64,000 nucleotides of DNA from Eutreptiella sp. 'Long Island Sound 2002' (Eukaryota > Protista > Euglenida), in the NCBI GenBank assembly GCA_964036045.1, contig OZ038378.1:178870001-178934000 (forward strand), read 5' to 3'. A model generated the notes under the pieces. It ran no database searches, was not told where the DNA came from, and worked only from the letters and a program-made list of their open reading frames with translations. This document shows positions 46,285 to 57,766 of this stretch, piece after piece. A program made the position numbers and the translations under genes. The first letter of the stretch is position 1; each line of letters opens with the position of its first letter.

Positions 46285-46850
46285 TTGTAAGAGGGGTGGG
46301 GGTAGTTTGGACAAGACCCACCCACCCAACTTTGGACCCACCCACCCGACTTTTGACCCACCCAGACCCCCCCCCCCTCTTATAAATCTGTGGGGAGCAT
46401 TTTTTGTGAACCAAATTGAAGCCAAGGCGCTCTCCCGGGTTAGGCAACCCCAAAGGGTGACACACCAAAAACTTTACATCACCAGGATTTGAACCAGGGG
46501 TCATTGGAATTGCAGTCAAGTACCTTGACAACTGGGCTATGAACCAGCTCTGATCGCTTTGTGCAACAAAAGGTCCACAGGTTTAAGATGTTACAAAAAA
46601 AAAAGGTCCGCCGTCTGAAAAATTGCCACCTGCACACCTGCCACCTGCACAACGACAAAGCAGAAAAGGGCACCAGCAAACAGCAAGACAAGGCTCCTGT
46701 GACCAAAGAAAGAAGGTGTGGCAGGAGCCCAACCCAGGAAACCCTCGGAATTATAAGAGGGGTGGGGGTCCAGACCTTTAGACCCACCGACCCGGCTGAA
46801 GACCCACCCACCCAGACCCCCCTTCCCCCCTTGCAAAATAGCTCTTATAA
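46285..46850. repeat. Two ~100-bp MITE-like units with TT(A/G)TAAGAG...CTCTTATAA inverted ends (46285-46385 and 46751-46850)
   Basis: Terminal inverted motifs and a shared gacccacc-rich interior. Confidence 0.65.
46477..46545 (-). pseudogene. tRNA-Cys(GCA)-like relic or SINE head
   Basis: GGTTCATAGCCCAGTTGTCAAGGTACTTGACTGCAATTCCAATGACCCCTGGTTCAAATCCTGGTGATG: A-box, TTGA-CTGCAAT loop and B-box GGTTCAAATCC; acceptor stem broken. Confidence 0.65.
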
Positions 46851-48373
46851 ACGATGCCTGGTCCACAGCCCTCAAAACAAACGCAATCATATTCAAGAAA
46901 GCTTTTTGAGTAATTCCACAAGCGAACACAAACTTGGAATCCCGCAAGACAAATTCACCAGTGAAACCAATGCAAGCAAAGCAGAAACGTACAGAACGGG
47001 CGCACAAAAGGCTTAGGACCTAACTGTCATGCCAGAAAGTGAGGAGGGCAAAATGATGGCCCACCATAGTGGCGTCGGTGGTGTGACGTTGCAAAGGTCT
47101 ACATAGTGTGCACCAAGGTGGCGGAAAGGGATGCTGCAGGACACACCCTCTTTGGCTCTATGCTCGGTCCTAACGCAAGAGCAGGGAGCAAGGGGGTTTT
47201 TTATGCGGCCTGTATTCTGTGGTTGATGCCCTGCAACGAACTGAAGCTTCTCAACACATAATCCTCACTCGCGTCCACCTCTAAATACAGAGTATTGGAA
47301 AGCGACGGATGAACGAAAATCCAACATTCATTTTGCCAAAAAAATGGTCAGGCATGGGAATCACCTTAGGGTGGACAGCTTGGGATGTCCCTAGCCCCCT
47401 GCCAACCACAGGGCCTCCGGGACTGGACCCTCTGCGAAAAACATCTTCCTGCCCCCCAACTCCAACTCAACCCCCACACCACCCAAGACACTCACACCAT
47501 GCGGGTGTGCAAACCCCATGCCTCATGGACAACAGCATGCAGGAGGAGGAGGAGGAGGAGGTGGAATGCTCTGTGGTTGTCAGGTTTAAGCCACCAGCAG
47601 CCGTCAGTTTGGGCCATGCCACATGAGCTGTCATGACTAACGTAGTGCATCCCTTGACAATCTTGCTTCAGGTAACATTGGAGCTCAGATCAGAAGAATT
47701 CTATTGCGTGGCAGAAAAGTTGGACAACATCGGGTGCGCTAGATGAATGCCCAAACTGGGCCATAGCGACTCCATGAGGAGAAGGATCAGATCCAGGGAG
47801 CCACTTTTCAAGAATGCATTGCCCTTGTGCAAACCTACGACATAATGTCAAAAGTCAAAATTGTTGTCCCCAAAAAATAGAGCCCAATGAGAAGCCTCAC
47901 CTGAGGATGTCCAAAGAAGTAGCAATGCATTTCTGCATGTGCCCTCAAAGATCGAAAGAGCCGCAAGAGCCCCGTGAGACCCCGTAAAGCCTCCCCCCCC
48001 CCCGAAGAAGCCTGAGCTATTGCACGTGTGCACAAGAGGCAATCAGCACAATGCCAAGGTATAAAAGATGCTAGTCAGTGGCCTACAAGACCACAGGTAC
48101 CTTTCTGTCACAAACAAACGAACAATGAGACACGAAGAGGACCCTGGATGGGACACCAACAGGACAGCATCAGTCCCGCGGCGATAAGTGGTAAAACCAG
48201 CGCCGATTGGAAACCACCGGATCCACCGTATCACTGGTATCCCCCCCCCTCTCATACAACCAGAAAACGTTCGGACTCACAGTGGGTCCGGATGTGCAGT
48301 GGCGAAAGGCCAATAGACCGCCGCCAAAAGCAAACAAACCAACACCATGGCCTCATGCCAGCCCCCTCCCCAC

Positions 48374-48376
<3 letters not shown>

Positions 48377-48414
<38 letters not shown>
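48377..48414 (+). repeat. (AG)n microsatellite
   Basis: Directly visible. Confidence 0.95.
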
Positions 48415-48415
<1 letters not shown>

Positions 48416-48429
48416 CAGGCAAGGCACAC

Positions 48430-48477
48430 CTGCGCAGCTCGGGTAATCTTCAGAGCAAGTCAGCTGGTGCTCACTGG
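48430..48477 (-). CDS. EXD1-like gene, 48-bp exon
   Basis: ggtcgcag|CC...G|gtgtgc, phase 1/1. Confidence 0.5.
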
Positions 48478-48842
48478 CTGCGACCGACGAACACAATATT
48501 TGGGCGGATAATTTCGCTGTTAGAGTGAGGGTGTCGGGTATGAAATGTCCTGTCGGTCGGGGCAATGCATGCTTCCACACTAATTTTGTGGCTATGGTCC
48601 GCTGTGGGATGCCCTGCCCTCCCCTGCCCTGCCCTGATCGGTGTCATCTCAGACCCGGGCATTACTTTGCCGCGCGTGTCGGCAGTGCAATCTGGTGTGA
48701 CGGTGCCGATTTGGTATCTCTTTTCAGCGTTCTGCAAGTCAGTGTCCACCAATTTTGCATTCCCCCATTGCCCCCACCTTCTCTGGTTGGTCCTATTTTC
48801 AGTTACTCCTCAAACCCCGAAAGCGGACAAGTCCGGGCCCAC

Positions 48843-49140
48843 CGTCTGCGGGGGAACAAGGCGTACCAGTGGAAATGCAGCAGTCGGACATGGCGTCAGT
48901 TGGCGGAGGGGACGGCGTGTGCGCAGGGGTCCCCTCGGGGGAACTGGAACGGGTGCCGTCCGAAGAGGCGGCATCCGGCAACACCCGTGCGGAGTGGAGG
49001 AGGTCCACCAGGCACGGCTCCCCATCTGCAGCCAGCGCCAGGTCCTGCAGGGGCAGTAATAAGTCCCCGGTCGACTGGTAGTAGTCGTTGATCTGAGACA
49101 TGACGTCCTCTACCTTCTTCATAATAAAAGTGCGCAGGGC
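48843..49140 (-). CDS. EXD1-like gene, exon
   Basis: tgcacag|ALRTFIMKKVEDVMSQINDYY...ADG|gtgggc, phase 0 to 1. Confidence 0.75.
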
Positions 49141-49195
49141 CTGTGCACATAATTGTCACCGATCCTTGTTTGGCAGCCTTCCACGCAACGCCAAA

Positions 49196-49325
49196 CCACA
49201 CCACACCACAACAAACCACACTACACGACACGACACGACACGACACGACACCACACCACACCACACCACACCGCACCACACCACACCGCACCGCACCGCA
49301 CCGCACCGCACCGCACCGCACCGCA
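49196..49325 (+). repeat. Compound pentanucleotide microsatellite CACCA/CACGA/CACCG in an intron
   Basis: Directly visible. Confidence 0.95.
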
Positions 49326-49672
49326 ACAGTTTGATGTGGAATGACATCACTTGTTGGGCCATTCTGTCGCAACGCTATTCCAATCACTCCTCCCCCTCCC
49401 ATTCCGCATTTACAGAGGGGGGGATAATTTCGTGCGGGGATTATTTCGGAGGGGGAAATTTTCGCCACCCTTGCAAACCCCAACACTTACACTGCCTCAC
49501 GCACACCCTGCACTGCCACAGCCCCCAGATTTCGCCAGAGGATAATTTCGCCACCTTCCTGAAAGACATAATTTCCCCACGAAATCATCCCCGCCCGAAA
49601 GTATCCCCCCACCCGTCCTCCTTTCCAGCAGCGAATGCCACACACCTTGCGCATGTCCAAGATCAAACCTAC

Positions 49673-49803
49673 CTCATGATGTTCCAGTTCGTAGACCATC
49701 GTCGCACTGAAGGGACGCTGGGCCCAATCCATCGTCGGAACGGGTGGGCCCGGCTGTGGCACTAGACCAAATCTGCGGCCCACGGAGCGAGCCTCCACAA
49801 CGC
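49673..49803 (-). CDS. EXD1-like gene, exon carrying the W..RP (ExoIII-region) motif
   Basis: ttctcctag|GC...GAG|gtaggt; encodes DWAQRPFSATMVYELEHHE. Confidence 0.78.
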
Positions 49804-50213
49804 CTAGGAGAACGGGGAGAGTTTGTGGGATCGGGGATGGGGCTGAGGACCGAAGATGGTTTCGTGTGAATCAATCTTTTTTCGACGGTGCCACACGTCG
49901 CCGCGCTTCGTTCACAGACTTCTTTGCACAGTAGTGTGCCTGGCGCGCTTGTTGTTGCATGGTAGACATGAACACCATGGAAGTAGCCCGTGGCATCAAG
50001 TGGTGTCACGGGTGTCACGGGGGTCGGAGGTGAACCTTAGAGGAACAACAGACAGCCACAGGTCGCGGAGCGAACACATAATATCTGGATGTCCAGAGCG
50101 GAAGGCTGTGTTAGCTCAAGCGCACCCGACTTTCGCCAAAACTTGAGTGGGGTCGTAAATATCGCACTCGCCTGCACTGCAACATAGACGATTCTCGAGG
50201 GGCTAGCACCCAC

Positions 50214-50499
50214 CATTTCCACACCGGCGTGCGGGCGCTGCCTTGTTACTTCTACTGTCAATGCCATTGCCCTTGCCAGTCGCTTTACAAAAAACAACAC
50301 AGCCACATGGCCAAACATGAGACACACCATCGAATTCCCGGATGGCCTGCACCTCGTCCGGAAAATGGGCTGCACAACACTCGAGCAAATCGATTCCTGC
50401 GTTGACGCCGAAGCCGAATTGTTGCTGCAAATGTGTCGCCAAGGACCCAAAATCCCATGCGCACTTGCGAATGTCGCCCGCGAAGAACTCCGCCAACAC
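50214..50499 (-). CDS. EXD1-like gene, exon carrying the ExoII region
   Basis: gtcaag|VLAEFFAGDIRKCAWDFGSLATHLQQQFGFGVNAGIDL...G|gtgggt, phase 0 to 1. Confidence 0.75.
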
Positions 50500-50788
50500 C
50501 TTGACAATGCACACGAAGCGTGGCACGCAACCTCCCAAAGGACGATGACACACAATGGCCGCGAGGCACAACGACCGCCATTGCATGGTGGGACAAAGAC
50601 AGATTGCACTTCCATCTTACTTGACCACTGGGCTATGGCTGGCGGGCCATAGCGGCTCACATCCACGCAACGATCACAAGCACACTTGCCGCCCAAACAA
50701 ATACAAGCATCGCCATGGTGACATCGACGCATCGAGTTCGTTAAGTGAAAAGATCACATGTCATGTCCAATGCGCCATGTTTACATAC

Positions 50789-50891
50789 CGACGACGACCC
50801 ATCGTGCATTCTTGATGAGGCTTCGCCAAGGGCACGCAGATCAATAATATGAACTTGTCGAGTTGGGGAGGTCAACCGAAGAAGAGACAAC
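50789..50891 (-). CDS. EXD1-like gene, exon
   Basis: ttggcag|G...TCG|gtatgt, phase 2 to 0; (R)LSLLRLTSPTRQVHIIDLRALG. Confidence 0.78.
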
Positions 50892-51008
50892 CTGCCAATA
50901 GGCACACGTTCATAAACCTATGGTTGGGCCGGCGCCTCGCAAGCCAAGGAGGGGCCCATATGATGCCACAATGAATGTTCCAATAGAAATGCAAAGTGAA
51001 GGCTCTAC

Positions 51009-51321
51009 CTGTTGCCACTGGGCTCGTAAAAGCCTTCAACCGACACCAAAGTGTCCTTCTGTTTTTCAAGGGATCGAATGTGTTGCCTGAGAGCTTCAAC
51101 GGAATCGATCATCTGGGCGTCCGTAGTCGGGGGGTGGAGCAACTTGCCTTGTCCACTTTGAATGAGCCACTCCCGCATCTGCTCATCAGAACAATTCCAA
51201 GCCAAGGCTGCGCGTAATGCCTCGATGGGCATGGTTGGCTTCGGTCCTTTTTGATTGCAAATTGCGTCGTAAAATGCCTTCCACTTGACGACGAGGGTCG
51301 CCTCAAGGTCCGCAAGAATGC
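51009..51321 (-). CDS. EXD1-like gene, exon carrying the ExoI region
   Basis: cactcatag|GC...AG|gtagag, phase 1 to 2; ends DTLVSVEGFYEPSGN. Confidence 0.72.
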
Positions 51322-51649
51322 CTATGAGTGGGCCGGGATGTGAACGACACCAGGCAAGAAAGGTGCGAGAAAATCACGGAAACACTCGCGTTGTCTGGAA
51401 TGACGGAATGACGGAGGTGGCACACGACATACTTGCAGCCAAACTAACAGTCCAACAATGCGGCCCTAAAAGAAATGAACCGAATGAATCAAAATGTTGA
51501 GGCCACGAATCAACACCATACTTGCTAAAACGTTGAAAATCCCATGCGATCACGCCAATCAGTCACAAACCGAAGATTGCTCGGACTCCGCGGGCTCGCA
51601 ATGCAATCGTGAGTAAAAGTCGTGTTGAAAGCATTATTGCACGCCATAC

Positions 51650-52094
51650 CGCGAGCAATATGCCAAAGTGGATGTGTGTTTGTAACAACATGGCTTTGCA
51701 AGAATAAATGCAACGAGCCCACTGATGATACGAATGGGTTTTGGCCCAGTTTCTTGAAAAGCTCCGCATCCTCATACGAATGGGACGGGGACATCGCCAG
51801 GATCATCAAAATACGGGTCTTGAAACTGTCGGATCCGACAGCGGCATCGAGACAAACGCCGCCGGATTGTGCCGGCAACGAGTGCCAATTTGTACCTTCG
51901 GTATCCATGTCGGGCAAGAGCGAGAAATTGTTGGTGGCCTCCAGTAGGAACGGCGCGGGCGAGTGTTTGATGACGAATGGACCCTTCAAATAACCGTTTG
52001 TGGCATGAACGTCTGATTTGAAAACGTCCTCGGGCGCGTTAGGGAACCAAGGATGAAGCGAGTAGATGAGATCGACTAATTGCACGTGGCTCAT
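51650..52094 (-). CDS. EXD1-like gene, probable first coding exon
   Basis: ATG at 52094, 12 nt after a ttgtttccag acceptor; open frame to G|gtatgg (phase 1). An alternative donor near 51557 is possible. Confidence 0.6.
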
Positions 52095-53159
52095 TGGATT
52101 TGGACTCTGGAAACAAGCGGCAAACCAATCCGCACCGCGCGCAAACTGAAAGATCTCTGCCTCTATTTTGTCTCTTGCCTCTTACTCTGCGTGGCAAAAA
52201 GACGACCATGGTCTGAATGGGTTTTAGCGCAGCTTGGTGCTCATTGTGCTTCCGGTGGAGCGTGATTTGCCGAATGCGCACCAACTTTGGGCCGTGGGTC
52301 ACAGTTGCTGAAATTTCTCTAAAAGGATCTGCTGGAAATCTTTTGATAGATCAAGAGGTCTTGACCCACACTACCCACAGATACCAGCAGATTGAGAAGA
52401 AGAGTGCAAATCAGGTGCAAACCAAGCAGTATGGTCTTAGCACATGTCGCAAATAACACAATGCAAATAATGTTTTTGTGCTCCCCATGTTGGCCCCATG
52501 AAATCCATCCAAAATTTTGATTTTGGCAGCATCACCCACCATTCCACATGCAAGCAATGGGTGCCCCAAAAATGTTTCCGGGGAACCAAAATTGGTGATT
52601 CTTTATCGTCCCACATGTGCCACCAAAATTTCCATGCACAGCCCCTAGAAAAAGGTTCAATGACAGGATGAAACATCGCCACCGATATTAGGGGCGCCTT
52701 TGCCACCTTGAAACCCACAAAAAATTCTGGGCTCGTTCCCCGTGGTTAGGGACAAGCAGAGGATGACATATTGCCACCAATGCCACAGTTTGATAACCTG
52801 TGAATCGCCATCAAATGCTGCCCCCCACAGGAGCAAGGGGAGCTCTTCTGCAGGGGCTGCGGGGCTCCGTGCACCGCGCACTTGCACACTCTGCAGGTCG
52901 CACCTGATCGCTTGCCACCCACTCAAAGAGAGCCGCCACAAGTGGTGCATGGCCCACCGCGCCTTAGGCCATCCCCGCCTCACCCTTGCACCACAGGGCT
53001 CACACAGCGGGACCGAGGCACATTGGTGTATTTGTATATGCTGTCAAAAGCGAACGAACACCCACCCATAAACAAACACAACAAGCCATCGTTACCTACT
53101 TCTTCACTCAAAAAGCAGAAAAAAAAATAAGGCTTCAACGTTGAACCCACAAATCTTGA

Positions 53160-54200
53160 ATGTTCAAAGGAACCTCCGCCTCTGCACCCTCTTCCAAAGA
53201 AACCGGCAAGTCCTTGAAAGCAGCAAACCCAAGCAAACCTCCATCCTCAACCTCAACCTCATGCCCTTGCTTCCGCTTCTACGGATGAAAAGGGGTGTTG
53301 CGGAGCTCATCCAACACCTCACATGGGCCCCATTACACCTTACCCACAAACTCTCACACATGTGCTCCATGCTCTGACCACAGCCGGTGGTTATCATGCA
53401 GCTGAACACTCTCTGGCGTGAACGAGAACTAGAACACCGCCAATCCACTCAAACTCATTAAAGCGGGTTTGCACATCCTCAACCAAAGTGCGAAAGAACT
53501 TCATCCGGTTGCCCTTGGTGGGGCTCCTCTCTACCTCAACACCGAACAATTCCTGCCACCCCCCGAGAATGACGCGATGCTTGGTGTGGGAAAGCTGGGT
53601 GCACATGACGTTCATCAAACCCTCAACGGCGATGCACCACGTGGAGGCCTGCTCCAGCGGCAATTCTAGTGCCATCCATTGACCAGCGAATCCACCTATG
53701 CACCTTTTGTGGTTTGAACTTTCTTGCCAGTGGCACAAACCACAGCAAAAAAAAATTGTAAAAAAAGGTCGCTGTGAACTTGAAAAGGGGGTGCAAAAGA
53801 GCAGCCCTCAACCTTCTCCCCATGCCCAAGGATAGTCTCGTTGGTAATGTACTCACAAAGGTGCAAAAGGACAGCAGGAATGTTCTTGAGAACAATGTCT
53901 AACTCATGGAACATGGCCTCAACCCATTGCACACCATTGGGCGGCATTACCCTTACCCAAGCGATTACCTCCCCCCGCACTCTCTCCCTTACGTTTAGCC
54001 CATCCACCATGGTGCTTGCCCATCAGAGACCATTGCAACGAGGCGCTCCTCAATGACCTTCTAGTCAATGTCCAACCTCTAAAAAATATTTTCAATGGTC
54101 TCATTATACAATTCTGCATTGGCAGCATCCGGATCCTTATCGGAGGCTTCACTCTCTTTGGGTTGCACCATGTCCGCAAGGCCTATGACAATTTCGAGAG
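53160..54200 (-). mobile_element. Degenerate hAT-like transposase relic, family 2, copy B
   Basis: KVIEERLVAMVSDG(A)STMV; colinear diverged homology with 40150-41085; multiple stops and frameshifts. Confidence 0.55.
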
Positions 54201-54869
54201 AAAATAGCTCGAGAAAACTATGATCAATGAGAGCGAAAAAGACAGACCACAGCAAAAAATACCTGCAAACATACATACATGACCCCTGCATTCTCGGGGG
54301 CCCAAAGTTGGGCGGAATGGCTACGTAACCCGTGTGTTCTAGGGGGTCCCCCAAAAAGGGGACAAAATCAGAAGGGGCTATATAATCCGTGCTATGTTGG
54401 GGGGGCCAGAATTGGGCGGGATGGATGTGTGAGCACTTGGGGCGGCGCGTGGAGGGCACAAATATTCGGGCCATTGGGGACAACTTGGTAGGAGTGGAAA
54501 GAGCATGGTAGTGGTGATGATACATGATCTAATAGTTCACGAGATGGCTACCACAAAAGGTGCGGCCATGGTACTTCCGGTTGGTTAGTCTTAAGCATTG
54601 GGGTTTTGTGGGCACAACCACATCATTGAAACTTTTTTCATCAAGGCTGGGCCCTTACCGACAAGCAAATAGCACAAACGGTACGAGACCCAATAAGCAC
54701 AATACTGCTTCTTCGAAAAGATGCAGACGGCTGTCCAAGACTCAATAGTGAAGGGAGCGGTTCAGCATTTGATCTCTCAAATGGCACATGTGTCATTATT
54801 GCGGTGCTTAAAAATTGCCACAAGGGTGTGTAGTTATAACGGTGTGTTTTCGGCAGCTGCTTGATGGTC

Positions 54870-54897
54870 ACACTTTTTGAGTGTCAATTTTCTTTCG
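54870..54897 (+). other. Relic spliced-leader (SL) exon sequence
   Basis: ACACTTTTTGAGTGTCAATTTTCTTTCG; the last 26 nt match 23/26 to the Euglena SL as recalled (ACTTTCTGAGTGTCTATTTTTTTTCG). Not followed by GT, so not an SL-RNA gene. Confidence 0.8.
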
Positions 54898-54935
54898 CGC
54901 GATGAAGACTAGCGAGGAAGCAGCATAGCTCGGCG

Positions 54936-57766
54936 ATGGCCTTTGGCTACGAGGCGCTACTTGGGGGTTGCAGCCACATGATCAACACAAGCAAACCATC
55001 TGCGTTGTTGAAGAGAGGCGTGGTGTTGGTAGCAGACTTCCGCTGGCACAACCACGAGGGCCGAGAGACTAGTAGACAATGTTGTGCCCTTGGTTGCAGC
55101 ATGCGGCCATCTTGCTGTGGATCACGGGAGCGCGTGCTAGCGGCAGTGTGGCACACCACGGATGGCAGTCACACGCGCTTGGTGTTCGCTGGGCGGCCGT
55201 AATTGAATAGCTCCCACCCACCCAAGCTGAACGGCAACCTCACCAAGGCCAAGACGACTCCTGGGCATCTCCTCTTGATCACGGAGCAAGGCAAGGCCGC
55301 GGACTACAAGTCATTTTCAAGTGCTGCCGGCTTGGCGCCGGGCGGCGCGGAGGTGCATAGGTGCTTTGTGGTGGGCTTCCGGCCCCAATCGCGGCTCATG
55401 TACCCATTGCTACCGTTCGTGTTCAATGTGCTCGGCGGGATGGTCCACTTGTGGGACCTGCAGCTTGCCACGGGCGGCCTTCGTGCACTTGAAGCCCAAC
55501 CCGCTGTCGCAACTCCAGCCCCTGTTGTCGTCGGCAAAGGGGGAAGAGACGCCCTAGTTCGAGACGGTCACATGCACGGTCCACCCCTCCACGGTGTGGA
55601 TGTACTGCATGCTCAACTCCACGTATTTTTTTTTTTTAACTCGTGACCGAAGTTCCACCAAGTGTCCATTGAGAGTACACATAGCAGGTCATGGGTTAGT
55701 GACAGGGCCAACTTTGGGTATGGGTTTGGTATGACCTACCCTCGCCAAGACGGCTGCGGCGGGGTGGCGGGAGGAACGAGTCCTGCGCCTTGCCCCACCC
55801 CTGTCGCCCCGTTTGCACGGGTATGCGCGTCCTCCCAGACCTCTCGGGGTGTTACAATCCAGTCAAGACTATGACATCGCCCATGTCCTCCAGCGGGATT
55901 TCCATATCCTGGAGATCACTAGGAACCTCCGGCGCCTCTGTCCTCCGTTTCTTGTGTGTCTCGGGTGGGTTCTCGTCCCGCAAGCGCTTCATGCGCTGTG
56001 CGGTGGCCCCCCGGATGTCCCATCGGGGGTCCGACAAAGTCGTCCGCCGTAAGGCCGTAAGGGTCACCGCGTGCACTTGGGACATATGCCGCCATTCGGA
56101 TGCTTCTTCCGCTTGGATGCCGGTGGACAGCGAAACATGTGCCTGCTCCCAACACGAGGATGCCACGGCGAGCTTGCGCGACACCGTGGACCGCGCCTCG
56201 AGGAGTACAGCCGTTCGCCACTGGCGGAAGCGTAGTCGGCGAGAATCCGCCATCCAGGACAAGTGGTAGACCGCCTGTTGCGCTTCTACATACCACCGCG
56301 TCGTATGTTCCTTGTAGAGGAAGTACGCTTGCCGGCACAAGTGCTCGTGGTGGTGTGCCAAGAAGAGGGACTTCTGTGTGACGGCTTGCCGGGCGAGTGC
56401 CTGCGCCACCTCTTCCAGGCAGAGTCGTGCGGCCTGCATTTGGGCGTGTAGCATGAGACGCCTGGCCTGTTCCAGGAAGGGTCCGGCATGAATTTCACGA
56501 GACTCGCGCGGCGGTGAGGCCGGAGCCTGTGCCGGTGGCGGCGACGGTTCTCTGGGCCGTTTGCGCGGCGGTGCTACATGGTGGTGCCGGGCCATGGCCT
56601 CCAAGACCCACGTGCGCTCGGCAGTGGTGACCGCTTGTGTCAATTGCCACCGAAGTTCCTCCACCGTGGGCGCAGTATTTGTGAAACGTGGCTCTGATCG
56701 CGGCGGGATCGACAGTACGCCTCTCACGTGGTTCCAAATGTTGCGGGCCGTAGGTTTAGCTACCTGCGGCAGGGCCCCAGCAACAGGTGGGACGATGTGC
56801 GTGGGCCGCTTGTTGCTGACGAAAGTTGGGGCGTGCTGCAGCTTGTCAACGACCCACGCCTGCAATTGCTGGAATACGTGGAAGTGCCATGTGGCAACTA
56901 CCACCCTCCAGTGCGCCTGGACTGGAAGGAAGGATCGTTGAAGGGAGTGTGGGAACTGCAAGCGGGTGCACATGCGCAGTTCGTCTGCGGACGCCGTTCG
57001 TCGCCACTTGGTTGCCTCCGGTTTCCATGTCTCCCATGCGTCGGTCCAAATGTCCCAAAACCGGGATTCGGAGGGGCATGACAAGAGGCACTTCTGCACT
57101 GCAAGGCCATGGCGCTGTCCACACCGTGGGCACAGCACCGGCCCGGTTTCCCAGGGTGCCCCATACCCCGGCAATCGCAGTGTCCCCCACAGCCATGGAC
57201 CCCACTTATCTCGGTTGACCGCGCGCAAAGGCAGCCATGACGTCCAATGCGCCTCGTGTACCAGCTTCTGGGGGCGTGATTTGATGATCCACTTACGGGC
57301 AGGGGACGGCATTACATGGCTGTTCAAGAGGATATCCGCGGGTGATGTGCTGCCCAGACCACGGCAAGGGTGCATGGTACTGCCCGCTCGGGCTGCGAGG
57401 TCGGCTAATTCGTTGCCAATCCTGTCCTGATAATCTTGCAAACTATGCGCCTTTTTAGGGTTCCGATGCCCACGTGCCCAACGTACTTGGAGTGCCTTGG
57501 TGGAGATAAGCTGGTACGCTGCGTCGTGCAAATCATAGTCGGACGATTGTGGGCTGGGTGGCTTGGAGACGCATCGAGCCGCAGCCCGGTTGTCAAGCAC
57601 GATGGAGTCCCCCGGTTGGGCTAGGCACGCCGCGATCCATATGCCGTACATTTCTGCCCTATAAATTGTCTGCGGGCCCGGTACTCTCGCTTGGATGCGC
57701 ATAGGTCCGTTGACCACCCCTGTGCCAGCTCAACTCCACGTATTGGGAGCGCGTTGGCGCCTCTAA
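54936..57766 (+). pseudogene. Processed pseudogene of an unidentified gene, split by a LINE insertion
   Basis: One GC3-rich frame from ATG 54936 to ~55625 with a single in-frame stop (55200-55202); it resumes after the TSD (57743-57766, LGARWRL*). Starts 38 nt after the relic SL; no introns. Confidence 0.6.
55628..57727 (-). mobile_element. 5'-truncated non-LTR retrotransposon (RNase H, Cys/His knuckle and long C-terminal extension)
   Basis: Open frame 57726-55852 with GPQTIYRAEMYG, LDNRAA, WARGH, GNELADLAAR and CPRCGQRH; poly(A)12 at 55626-55637; TSD gctcaactccacgtatt at 55611-55627 and 57728-57744. Confidence 0.92.
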
